A stretch of DNA of 64,000 nt from Thermoanaerobaculia bacterium (GTDB taxonomy: Bacteria > Acidobacteriota > Thermoanaerobaculia > Multivoradales > Multivoraceae). The DNA lies in the NCBI GenBank assembly GCA_022823665.1, contig JAJEHN010000015.1, positions 4,195-68,194 of the forward strand. Reading direction: 5' to 3'. Below the pieces are notes generated by a model. It did no database searches. It was not told where the DNA came from and saw only the letters and a program-made list of their open reading frames with translations. Shown piece by piece: positions 49,591 to 60,400 of this stretch. Made by a program: the position numbers and the translations under genes. Within the stretch, counting starts at the first letter, position 1; every line of letters begins with the position of its first letter.

Positions 49591-51165
49591 ATGAACTTCT
49601 CCCTCCGCCCCTTGCGCGCCACGGCCGGACCGGCCCTCGCTCTCATCTGCCTGGCCGCCCCGGCCGCGACGGCCCCGGCTCGCGCGGACGAAGGCGACGC
49701 GGCATCGACGGTCGCCGCAACGTCCGCTCCGCCCGGACGCTGGGAGAGCAGCCACTCGATCGACGGCGGCGGCGAGACGGTCGAGTACGACGCCGTCGTC
49801 ACTGGAATCCAGCTCGACAACGACGACGGCGCACCGGCCGCCCAGCTCTGGTACACGGCGTACTTCCGGACGAATGGCGCGGCCCCGGGCGAACGCCCCC
49901 TGGTGTTTTCCTACAACGGAGGCCCCGGCTCCGCGTCCTTCTGGCTGCACATGGGGATCATGGGGCCGCGGCGCGTCGTGACCCCCGACGTCGGCCCGCA
50001 GGGAGCGCCGCCCTACCCTCTCGAGGACAACGCCTGGACGATCCTCGACATCGCCGACATCGTGATGGTCGATCCGATCGGCACCGGCTTCAGCCATACC
50101 CTGGGCGAGACTCCGGGCTCCGACTACTGGGGCATCGACGAGGACGCCAAGTCGCTCACCCAGTTCATCCGGCGCTTCCTCAGCACGCACGACCGCTGGA
50201 ACTCGCCCCGCTACCTGCTCGGCGAGAGCTACGGCACGACCCGCTCGGCGGTGCTCGCCGGCCACCTGCAGCGGGCGAACATCGACCTGAACGGCATCGT
50301 CCTGGTGTCCTCGGTCCTGCAGTTCAACACGATCCAGTTCGCGCCCGGCGACGACCTCCCCTACATCGTGAACCTGCCGTCCTACACCGTGGCCGCCCGC
50401 TACCTGGACGCGCTGCCGGAGAAGACCCCGGCGGATCTCGAGACACTGATGGCCGAGGTCGAGGAATGGGCGCTCACCGAGTACGCCACCGCGTTGCTTC
50501 GCGGCGGCACCCTCGACGCGGACACCCGCGCCCGGGTGATCGACCGCCTGCACCGCTACACCGGACTCTCGCGCGACTTCCTCGACAAGTCGGACCTGCG
50601 GGTGACCGCTCCGGCCTTCGAGGCCGAACTGCTGCGCGACGAAGGCAAGATCGTCGGCCGGCTGGACGCGCGCTTCACCGGCCCGGCCGGGGACGCTTTG
50701 GGAGGCCGGCCTTCCCACGATCCGCAATCCACGGCAATCAGCTCGGCCTACACGTCGGCCTTCAACAGCTACCTGCGCGGCGAGCTCGGCTACGGCGGCG
50801 ACCGCGAGTACGTTCCGAGCGGCGCCGTCCGCGACTGGAACTGGGGGCGGGTGAACGCGGGCCGCTTCTCGCGCGGCGACGGCACGCCGAACGTCGCCCC
50901 CGACCTGGCCGCCGCCATGCGCCGGAACCCGGCGCTCGAAGTGCTCCTGATCAACGGCCTGTACGACCTGGCGACGCCCTACTTCGCAGCCGTCTGGACG
51001 ATGGACCACATGGGCCTGCCGCCGGAACTGCGGGCCAACATCCAGCGCGAGGACTTCGCCGCCGGGCACATGATGTACGTGGAACAGTCCCTGCTGCCGC
51101 AGTGGAAAGAGACGCTCGACGCCTTCATCCTGCGGACCTCGGGCGCCGGGCGGGACGCCGACTGA
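49591..51165 (+). CDS. S10-family serine carboxypeptidase, secreted
   Basis: Signal peptide. GESYG catalytic Ser motif (YLLGESYGTTRSA). The conserved WxNGGPG-like N-terminal region (SYNGGPGSASFW). Confidence 0.75.
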   Translation: MNFSLRPLRATAGPALALICLAAPAATAPARADEGDAASTVAATSAPPGRWESSHSIDGGGETVEYDAVVTGIQLDNDDGAPAAQLWYTAYFRTNGAAPGERPLVFSYNGGPGSASFWLHMGIMGPRRVVTPDVGPQGAPPYPLEDNAWTILDIADIVMVDPIGTGFSHTLGETPGSDYWGIDEDAKSLTQFIRRFLSTHDRWNSPRYLLGESYGTTRSAVLAGHLQRANIDLNGIVLVSSVLQFNTIQFAPGDDLPYIVNLPSYTVAARYLDALPEKTPADLETLMAEVEEWALTEYATALLRGGTLDADTRARVIDRLHRYTGLSRDFLDKSDLRVTAPAFEAELLRDEGKIVGRLDARFTGPAGDALGGRPSHDPQSTAISSAYTSAFNSYLRGELGYGGDREYVPSGAVRDWNWGRVNAGRFSRGDGTPNVAPDLAAAMRRNPALEVLLINGLYDLATPYFAAVWTMDHMGLPPELRANIQREDFAAGHMMYVEQSLLPQWKETLDAFILRTSGAGRDAD

Positions 51166-51218
51166 TACAGTGTTACAAGTTCGTCTCGGGCCGGGGTCCC
51201 CGGCCCACGCCATCCGCC

Positions 51219-53054
51219 ATGAAACTCGATCTCAGGACGATCCTGGTGCTCTGCTGCGCCGCCGGCTTCGCGCAGTCCGCGGCGGCTGCTTCGCCTGAAC
51301 CGGCCGGGACGCACCAGACGGCGCCGCTGGCGCTCACGCCGACCGAGTACAACAACACGGTCGCCGACCTGCTCGGCTTCCCCAGGGACGGGGACCTTTG
51401 GCCGAGGCGACCGGCCATAGCCGACCGGATCAGCCCGCGGCGCGCCGCCAGCAAGGGCGTGTTCTCGCCTCCACCGCCGCCCGACCCGTGGCCGTGGCCG
51501 TTCCCGGCCGAGCCAGGCGCCGACGGCTTCGAGGGCATCGTTCAGGGCCAGAGTCCGTCCTCCTACCAGGTCGAGGAACTCCACCTCGCCGGGATGCACT
51601 TCGGCTCCTACGCCCTGCTCTCGCCGACGTTCTTCAACTGCCCGGGTTGGTCCGATCTTCCGTCGGCGGAACGCGAGGCCTGCGCCGCAACGAGCATCCT
51701 CCGCTTCGCCGAGCGGGCGTACCGCCGGCCGCTGCGCACCGCAGAGAGCGAGCGGATCGAAGCGTTCTGGCAGGCGCGGCTCGCCGCTGAACCGATCGAC
51801 GAGGCGGTGGCACTCACCGTCGCGGGCATCCTGCAGGCACCCGCCTTCCACTTCAAGCTGGCGCCCGGCGCGCACGACGCCGATGAGCTGGACCCCTGGC
51901 AGCTCGCCACGCGGCTCTCCTACTTCCTCTGGGACTCCATGCCGGACGAAGAGCTGTTCCGGGCGGCCGGCGCCGGCGAACTCGAGACCGCGGAAGGCGT
52001 CGAGCGGCAGGCCCGGCGCCTGCTCGACGACCCGAAGGCCCGGCCCGCCGTCGTCCACTTCCACCACCAGTGGCTCGGTACCGAGCAGGTCCTCCTGATC
52101 GCGCCCGCCCGCCGCGCCTTCGGACCCCGTTTCGGCATCTCCACCGAGCTGGCCAACACGCGCGACGACGACCCGAAGTGGCCGGCGATCATGGGGCCGA
52201 TCCGGCACTCGATGAAGCTCGAGACGGAGCTGTTCGTCGAGGAGGCAATCTTCGACCGCGAGGGAACGTTCACCGAACTGATGACCGGCAACCACGGCTA
52301 CATGTCGCGCGGCACCGCGCCGATCTACGGCGCAACGGCGAAGGCGGACGAAGGGCGCTCACCCGTGACCCGGCAGATCGAGTACGTCACCGCATCGGTC
52401 GGACGCAAGAAGCCCCTCACCCTCGATCCGGTCGTGCTGGACCCGGCGCAACGGGCCGGCGTGCTGACCCTGCCGTCGGTGCTGGCGATCGGCGCCTACG
52501 CCGTGCAGCCCGGCCCGATTCCCCGGGGCGTGCGCATCCTGGAACGCATCGCCTGCATGGAGATGGGCGATCCGATCGAAGGCGTCGAAAGCGCGCTGCC
52601 GCCCGACGCACTTGGCGTCGAGAGCACGAACCGCGAACGGACCGCCGCCGCCACCAAACCCGGCGAGTGCAACTCGTGCCACCGCCGGATCAACCCGGCC
52701 GGTTTCGCGTTCGAGCACTACGACGCGATGGGCGCCTGGCGCGCCGAAGACAACGGACAGCCGGTCGACGCCAGCGGCTCGCTCCGGCTGCCCGGCGCCG
52801 AAGAGCTCACCTTCGCCAACGGCGTCGAGTTCGCCCACGAGCTGGCCGCGAGCCGCCGGGTGCGGGACTGCTACGCGCTGCACTGGACGCGCTATGCACT
52901 CGGCAGCCACCTGGACCGGAGTGCTTCCGGCCTCGAACCGATCCAGGAGCGTTTCCGCGAGAACGACTCGGTCAGGGAACTCCTCGTCAACATCGCGACC
53001 AGCGACCTCTTTCGTCAACGGGTTGGCGCAACAGGCTCAGGAGCCGACGGATGA
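51219..53054 (+). CDS. DUF1592/DUF1588/DUF1585-domain protein (PSD-type cytochrome-c-like family)
   Basis: 611 aa from the internal Met MKLDLRTILVLCCAAGFAQSAAAA (signal peptide). A CxxCH-like CNSCHRRINPAGFAFEHYD. Conserved LSYFLWDSMPDEEL block. Canonical partner of DUF1552. The track ORF is extended 251 codons upstream. Confidence 0.8.
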   Translation: MKLDLRTILVLCCAAGFAQSAAAASPEPAGTHQTAPLALTPTEYNNTVADLLGFPRDGDLWPRRPAIADRISPRRAASKGVFSPPPPPDPWPWPFPAEPGADGFEGIVQGQSPSSYQVEELHLAGMHFGSYALLSPTFFNCPGWSDLPSAEREACAATSILRFAERAYRRPLRTAESERIEAFWQARLAAEPIDEAVALTVAGILQAPAFHFKLAPGAHDADELDPWQLATRLSYFLWDSMPDEELFRAAGAGELETAEGVERQARRLLDDPKARPAVVHFHHQWLGTEQVLLIAPARRAFGPRFGISTELANTRDDDPKWPAIMGPIRHSMKLETELFVEEAIFDREGTFTELMTGNHGYMSRGTAPIYGATAKADEGRSPVTRQIEYVTASVGRKKPLTLDPVVLDPAQRAGVLTLPSVLAIGAYAVQPGPIPRGVRILERIACMEMGDPIEGVESALPPDALGVESTNRERTAAATKPGECNSCHRRINPAGFAFEHYDAMGAWRAEDNGQPVDASGSLRLPGAEELTFANGVEFAHELAASRRVRDCYALHWTRYALGSHLDRSASGLEPIQERFRENDSVRELLVNIATSDLFRQRVGATGSGADG

Positions 53055-54454
53055 TCTCGAGACGCCACCTGCTGCAACTTGGAGGGCTGACCGCGCTCGG
53101 GGCCGGCTGGCCGGGCGGCGCCCTGCGCGCGCTGGCGCAGAGCCCCGAGCAGGTCCGGCGCCTGATCCTGATCAGCCACTGCCACGGCTGGCCCTACGCC
53201 ACCTGGAAGATGCGCCCGGAAGGCGTCTCCGAGAGCGAACCCTGGTCGGTCGACCTGGAGCAGCTCCCGGAGACGGCATTCAGCTGGCCGCTGGCGCCGC
53301 TCTACGAGCACCGTCGCCGCATCCTCGCCCTGGACGGCCTGTCGCTGGCCACCGCGGAACTCGACGGCGGCGGCAACCGGCACGACCGCGGCTGGGTCCA
53401 CGCCTGGACCGGCGACAACGCGGACTTCGCCGGCCGCGACACCCGTTCCATCTCGCCCTCCCTCGACCAACTCGTCGCCGCGCACGTCGCCCGCGCGGAC
53501 CGAATGCCGTCGCTGGAGGTCTCGGTCGACGCCGCGCTCGAAGCCGGCCGCCCGATCAGCTACAACAGCGGCGGCGTGCGGCTGCCGGCCGAGAACACGC
53601 CGCTGCGCGCCTGGAACCGGGTTTTCGGACCGGCGTCCTCCGGCGACGCGGTCGGCGCCTACCGGCGCAGCACCCTGGACTTCGCCTACCAGGAGTACCA
53701 GGCGGTCGCCGCCCGCTTCGACGCGAACGACCGCGCCCGGCTCGAGTCCCACTTCGGCCTGGTCGACCGGCTCGGCCACCGACTCGAGGGCCTGGCGACC
53801 CTCTCCTGCGACGCGCCGCCACAACCCGCCGCCTCCTTCGACCGCTACGATCTGCAGTTCGACGCCTTCGCCGACATCATCGCCGCCGCCTTCAGTTGCG
53901 ACATCACGCGGGTCGTCTCCTTCTCCCTGGGCGAGATGCCGACCGCGGAGTTCGGCGCCGACCACATCAGCGACAAGGTGCACAAGGGCATCGCCCACTA
54001 CATCCACGAGGATGTCCGCAAGCACGACGCGATGACGAACTACGCGGCCTACCACGGCCAGCAGGTCGCCCGTCTCGTCAGCACCCTGGAGTCGATCCCG
54101 GACGCCGGCGGCGGCTCCCTGATGGACAACACCCTGATCGTCTGGGGCTCCGAACTCGGCGACGGCTGGCACGGCTACCGCAACTACTGCCCCGTCCTGA
54201 TCGGCGGCTCCTGGGCTTTCGACACCGGCCGCTACGTGTACTGGCCGCACGAGACCCCGGCTCAGATGCGCGTCCCGAACCAGGTGGCGCCCGGCGGCCT
54301 CACACAGTTCGCCGGCGTCCCCCACCAGCACCTCCTGGTCAGCATCGCCCAGGCCATGGGCCTCGACGTCAACCACGTCGGCCTCCACCACGCCTACGGC
54401 CAACGCGGCGACCTCATCTCCCTCGTCGGCCCTCTGCCCGGCCTGCGGGCATAG
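53051..54454 (+). CDS. DUF1552-domain protein (TAT-secreted)
   Basis: Twin-arginine signal MISRRHLLQLGGLTALGAG. DUF1552 architecture. 4-nt overlap with the DUF1592 gene. Confidence 0.85.
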   Translation: MISRRHLLQLGGLTALGAGWPGGALRALAQSPEQVRRLILISHCHGWPYATWKMRPEGVSESEPWSVDLEQLPETAFSWPLAPLYEHRRRILALDGLSLATAELDGGGNRHDRGWVHAWTGDNADFAGRDTRSISPSLDQLVAAHVARADRMPSLEVSVDAALEAGRPISYNSGGVRLPAENTPLRAWNRVFGPASSGDAVGAYRRSTLDFAYQEYQAVAARFDANDRARLESHFGLVDRLGHRLEGLATLSCDAPPQPAASFDRYDLQFDAFADIIAAAFSCDITRVVSFSLGEMPTAEFGADHISDKVHKGIAHYIHEDVRKHDAMTNYAAYHGQQVARLVSTLESIPDAGGGSLMDNTLIVWGSELGDGWHGYRNYCPVLIGGSWAFDTGRYVYWPHETPAQMRVPNQVAPGGLTQFAGVPHQHLLVSIAQAMGLDVNHVGLHHAYGQRGDLISLVGPLPGLRA

Positions 54455-54474
54455 CGTCGTGCCGTAGCTTCCGT

Positions 54475-57400
54475 TCACGGCCTGCATGCGCCGGGGAAGG
54501 CGGCGGTGTCGCTGATCGCCGGCGCGACCCTGCCGAGTGTGTTGCGGTAGGTCCTGGGCGGGTCGACGCCCAGGGTGTCGGTGACGGTCATCTCGTACTC
54601 GACGTCGGTGGTCGAAGCGGCGAAGACCCAGCGGTGCTCGTTGATGTGGCAGCCGTCAAGCACCTTGACCAGAATCTCCCAGTTGTCGGCATTGAAGAAC
54701 CAGAACATGCCGGAGTCGTCCGTACGATCCTGGAGGACCACGCCCCAGCCGGTCTCGTCTCTCCGGGTCCGCCAGGTCACTTCGACGGCGTAGCGTTCCT
54801 CCTGTAGACAGAGGGTGTAGCGGTCGGGTTCGCACGTTCCCTTCGGCTGGTCCGGCCGGACGAGGAAGCCGGCGTGGGCCTGGTCGGTTTCGCCCCCGCC
54901 GGCGACGGTGAGGGTGACGCGGTAGAAGCCGGGTTCGACCCAGGCGTGGGTGACGATCTCCGCGGTGTAGGCGCCGCCGTCGCCGGTATCCCAGGCGAGC
55001 GTCTCGACAGGGCCGGTGCTCGTGTCCTCGAAGGTCACCGGATTGCCGGTGAAGGTAGTGCAGAGTTCCTCCGTGCACTCGGCGTCGTGGATGTTGAAGC
55101 TTGCCTTCAGTGGCTGGGAAGGCGGTGGCGGCGGCTCTGGAGGATCGGGCACTTCCAGCACCGTCACCGAGACGGTCCTCAGCGCAAACACAAGGCCGTC
55201 GCTGGCGACGACCAGGAAGAGGTGCGAGTCCTTCACCGACGCGTCCAGGTTGGCGTCGTCGGCCACCGACAACTGGGCCGTGAACTCTCCGATCGTGAAC
55301 GGAGCGGAATCGGCGCCCGCGAGGCCGTAGTCGAGCAGGTCGCCGTCCGGATCGAACGCCGTGACCGGCGAGCCGAACTCGCCTGTCGTGTCCTCGAAGA
55401 TCGTGAGCTCAAGAGGCGTCGCCGGATCGAAGAACGGCGGCATGTTCTGCGGAGGCGGCGGAGGCGGCGGATCCGGCGGTGGCGGCGGCGGCGGAGGCGG
55501 CGCCTCGTCGTTGTCCGTGATGAGCAGCCGGTGGACTCGCGGCGTCCCCGGGGCGTAGCCCTGGCCGTCCACCAGGGTGAACACGATGTTCTCGTTGCCT
55601 TCGACCGCCTGGTCGTCGACGATCGTCACCGTGATGTCGACGCTTGCGGCACCGGCCGCGACCGTGACCGTTCCGGAGTTGCCGGTGGCGCCGCTGACCG
55701 TGTAGTCCACGCCGGGCGCGGCCGCGCCCGACAGGGTGTAGCTCAGCGTGATGGGGCTGGCGGCCGCGGGCTGGAGATTCACGGTCACGTTGCGGCTGCC
55801 GTCGCCCTCGCCGACGCTCGCCCCGGCTAGAGCGAAGGAGGCTGTCGGCTCGTCGGGGTCGGGGTCGTCGTCGGTGATGTTCACGGTGACGTTGCCGCTG
55901 ACGGCGCCGTAGCCGCCGCCGGACGCGGCATGAGCGAGAGTGATGGCGTCTTCGTTGGCCGAGTCCGTGTCCTGCTGGGCGGTAAGGGCGACGGTCTGCG
56001 CGTCGTTCCAGGTGGACGTGGTGAAGCTGATCGTCGTCTGGGCGCCGTCCCTGCCGCTGTCCGTGTCCACGATGAGATCCGTTCCGGCGTGGCCCGAAAC
56101 CGTGACGGTGACGGTGTCCGTGGGACTCGTGCCGAGCCGGACCGTGTAGTTGGCGCTGCCGCCCTCCGTGACACCGACGGTTGTCCGCGAGAAGACGAGG
56201 CGCTTCGTCTCGTCGTCCGTGATCGTGATCTGGCCGTTGCCGGAGCGGCTGGCCGTCGCGCCGCCGTCGAGGTTCGTGAACGTCAGCGTGCCGGTGGAGA
56301 CCGTCACCGTGCGGTCCTCCGCGTCGTCGTCGTCGCTCGCGGTCAGGGTGACGTCGGCTGCCGTCGCGCTCGCGCCGGTGAAGGTCACCGTGCTGCCGGC
56401 GAAGGTGACGCCGGCGGGCGTGCCCGACAGCGCCAGGGTGAAGTCCGTGCCCCTCGCGCCGCCCGAGAACGCGAGCGGCACGGCGAGACTCTCGCCGGAT
56501 ACGAGCGCGCGGCCCAGCGTCAGCCGGATCGTGGCCGTGGCGGAGGAACTGCCCTCCGTCGCCGCGGCGTCCGGCACGGAAAGCGTCACCGGCGTCGGCG
56601 TGTTGTCCGTGATCGTGATGTCGACGTGGGGCGTCCCGCCCCGGGCGTAGCCGCTCGGCAGCGTGCCAAGCTCGAGCCGCAGCGTCTCGTCCGGCTCGTC
56701 GGCCGAATCGTTGGTTGCGGTCAGGGTGATCGTTCCAGCGGTGGCGCCGTCGGCCACCGTGATCGTCCCCGCCGGCGTGCCGCCCAGCGAGTAGTCCGCG
56801 GCTACCGCCGTCGAGTTCGCGGCCACCCGCTGCACCGGAATCGCCAGACTCCTGCCCGACGGCGCCTCGCTGACCGTCGCCGTGATCGTCAGCGTGCCGG
56901 ACTCCGTCACCGCACCGCTGTTGTTCACCGAGAGATCGACCTTCGGATCGTCGTCGTCCGTGATGTTCACCGTCACGTTGCCGCTCACCGAGCCGTAGCC
57001 GCCGCCCGAAGCCGCGTGAGCCAGCGTAATCGCCGTCTCGTTCGCCGTGTCGTTGTCCTCCTTCGCCGTGACCGTGACCGTCTGCGCGTCGTTCCAGGTG
57101 GACGTCGTGAAGCTCAGCGTGTTCTGGTCGTTCGCCGTGACGCTGTCCGTGTCCACCGTGAGGTCCGTGCCCAAGTGGCCCGAGACCGTCACCGTCACGG
57201 TGTTCGTCGGCTTCGTCCCGAGCTTCACCGTGTACGTGGCGCTGCCGCCCTCCGTGACGCCGACGGTGGCGGCCGAGAAGACCAGGCGCTTCGTGTCGTC
57301 GTCCGTGATCGTGATCTCGCCGGCGCCCGTCCGGCTGCCGGTGGCGCCGCCGTCGAGGTTCGTCGCCGTCAGGATCGGCGCGGCGCCCGTCGAACTCGGG

Positions 57401-60400
57401 GGGATGGACACGGTGACGGTCCGGTCGTCCGCGTCGTCGTCGGACGACGCCGTCAGCGTGACGTTCGCCGCCGTGGCCGTCGCGCCGGTTTGCGGACCGG
57501 TGAAGGTCACCGTGCCGGTCGCCGCGTTGAAGGTGACGCCCGCGGGCGACCCGGACAGCCCGAGCGTGAAGTCCGTGCCCGCCGTGCCGCCCGTGAACGA
57601 AAGCGGCACGGCCAATGCCTCGCCGGAGACCAGGCCGCGGCCGAGGGTCAGCCGGATGGTCGCCGTGGCCGACGAACTGTCTTCCGTCGCCGTCGTGTCC
57701 GGCACGGAGAGCGCCACCGTCGTCGGGTCGTCGTCCGTGATCACGATGTCCACTCGGTGCGATGTGCCGTGGTCGTAGCCCGACACCGTGCCGAGCTCCA
57801 GGCGCAGCGTCTCGTCCGGCTCGTCCGCCTGGTCGTTCGTCGCCGTGAACGTGGACGTGCCGGAGGTCTGTCCGCTCGAGATCGTGATCGCCGGAAGCGT
57901 GTAGTCGCTCGCGTCGGCCGACGAGTTCTCCGCCACCCGCTGGACCGGCACGGCCAAGTTCCCGGAGGGCGCACGGCTCACCGACGCCGTCACCGTCAGC
58001 GTGCCGCCCTCCGTCACAGCGCCGTTGCCCGAAACGGAAAGCTCGACGGTCGGGTTGTCGCTGTCGATGATGTTCACCGTCACGCTGCCGGAAACGCCGT
58101 TGTAGCCGCCGCCTGAGGCCGCGTGGACCAGGGTGATCGGCGCCTCGTTGTCCGAATCGTTGTCCGTCGAGGCGCTGACCGTGACCGTCTGCGCGCTGTT
58201 CCAGTTGGTGTCCGTGAAGGTCAGCGTCGACTGGTCGTTCGGCGTCGTGCTGTCCGTGTCCACGGACAGGTCCGTGCCGCCGTGGCCGCTGACCGTGACG
58301 GTGACGTCACTAGTCGGTTCCGACGTCAGCTTCACGGTGTAGGTCGCGCTGTTGCCCTCCGTAACGTTCACGGTGGAGCTGGAGAAGGTCAGGGCCTTCG
58401 TGTCGTCGTCCGAGATCGTGATCTGGCCGGCGCCCGTCCGGCTGCCGGTGGCGCCGCCGTCGAGGTTCGTCGCCGTCAGGATCGGCGCGACGCCCGTCGA
58501 ACTTGCCGGGATGGACACGGTCACCGTCCGATCCTCCGCGTCGTCATCGGGCGACGCCGTGAGCAGGATGCTCGCCACGGTGGCCGTCGCGCCCGTCCGC
58601 GGACCGGTGAAGGTCACCGTGCCGCCCGCGAGAGCGACGCCCGTGGGCGTTCCGGAAAGCGCCAGCGTGAAGTCCGTGTCCAGTGTGCCGCCGTTGAATC
58701 CGAGCGGCACGGCCAGGACCTCGCCGCTCTCCAGGCCGCGGCCGAGGGTCAATTGGATCCTGGCAGTGGCGGCTGTGTCTTCTTCCGTGGCCGTCGTGTC
58801 CGGCGTGGACAGGGTCACTGTGGTCGCGTCGTCGTCCGTGATGACGATGTCCACCTGCGACGAGGAACCGTGGTCGTAGCCCGTCACCGTGCCGAGTTCC
58901 AGCCGCAGCGTCTCGTCCGGCTCGTCGTCCGTGTCCTGTGTCGCCGTCAGGGTGATCGTGCCCGTCCTCGCGCCGTCGGCCACCGTGATCGTCCCCGCCG
59001 GCGTGCCGGACAGCGAGTAGTCGCCCGTTCCGGCCGTGGTGTCCGCCGAGACGACCTGCACCGGGACCGCGAGATCCGCGCCGGACGGCGCCCGCGTCAC
59101 GGTCGCCGTGAGCGTCAGTGTGCCGCCCTCCGTCACGGCGCCGCCGTCCGACACGGACAGGGTGACCGTCGGAGTATCGCTGTCCGTGATGTTCACCGTC
59201 ACGTCGCCGGAAACCGAGCCGTAGCCGCCGCCCGACGCCGTGTGCGCCAACGTGATCGGCGCCTCGTTGTCCGCGTCGTTGTCCGTCGAGGCGCTGACCG
59301 TGACGGTCTGGGCGTCGTTCCAGTTGGACGTCGTGAAGGTCAGCGTCGACTGGTCGTTCTGCGTCGTGCTGTCCGTGTCCACCGAGAGGTCCGTGCCGTT
59401 GTGGCCGGAGACGGTGACGGTCACGGCGGCAGTGGGCCGGGTGGCGAGCTTCACCGTGTAGGTCGCGCTGCTTCCCTCCGTCACGTTCACCGTGGAGGTC
59501 GAGAACGTCAGGCCCTTCGACTCGTCGTCCGTGATCGTGATCCGGCCGTTCCCCGTGCGGCTGCCGCTGGCGCCGCCGTCGAGGTTGGTTGCCGTCAGTA
59601 TCGGTGCATTGCCTGACGAACTCGACGGAATGGACACGGTGACCGTGCGGTCTTCCGCGTCGTCGTCGGAGGCCGGCGTCAACGTGACGTCCGCCGCGGT
59701 CGCGCTCGGTCCGGTGAAGGTCAACGTGCCGCCCGCGAGAGCGACGCCCGAGGGCGTGCCGGAGAGCGCCAGCGTGAAGTCCGTGCCCACCGTGCCGCCG
59801 CTGAACTGCAAGGGCACGGCGAGCGCCTCGTTCGCGATCAGCGCGCGGCCGAGCGTCAACCGGATGGTCGCCGTCGCGGCCGCCGTGTCTTCGCTGGCCG
59901 TCGCGTCCGGCACGGACAACGTCACCGGCGTCGCCGTGTTGTCCGTGATCGTGATGTCCACATGGGAGGGCGTGCCCGGGTCGTAGCCGTCGGGCAGCGC
60001 GCCGAGGCCGATGCGGAGCGTCTCGTCCCGCTCGTCGTCCGAATCCGTTCTCGCGGTCAGGGTGGCCGTGCCCATGGTCGCTCCGTCGGCGATCGTGATC
60101 GTGCCGGCGAGCGTGAAGTCGGCCGCCACGGCCTGCGAACTCCCCGCTACCCGCTGCACCGGAATGCCGAGGCTCGTCCCGGACGGCGCCGTGTCCACCG
60201 TCGCCGTCACGGTCAGCGTGCTCCCCTCCGTCACCGTGCTCCCCGACACCGACAGGCTGACCTTCGGGTTCGCCGCCATGTCGTCGTCCTCGATCGTGCC
60301 GGTCGCCGCGGCGCCCGTGACGAACACCCCGGTGGCGCCCTCCGGCAGCGCCAGAGTGACCGTGAAGTCCTCGTCGCCCTCGATCGCCGTGTCGTGCGTG

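Noticed and set aside
48496-54807. Track ORFs 48496..51213 (905 aa), 50466..53054 (862 aa), 52070..54454, 52612..54807, 53015..54487 and 50979..52295
   Set aside because: The first two are N-terminal over-extensions of the MBL and DUF1592 genes; the signal-peptide Met defines the real starts. The rest are shadow frames of the DUF1592/DUF1552 genes.
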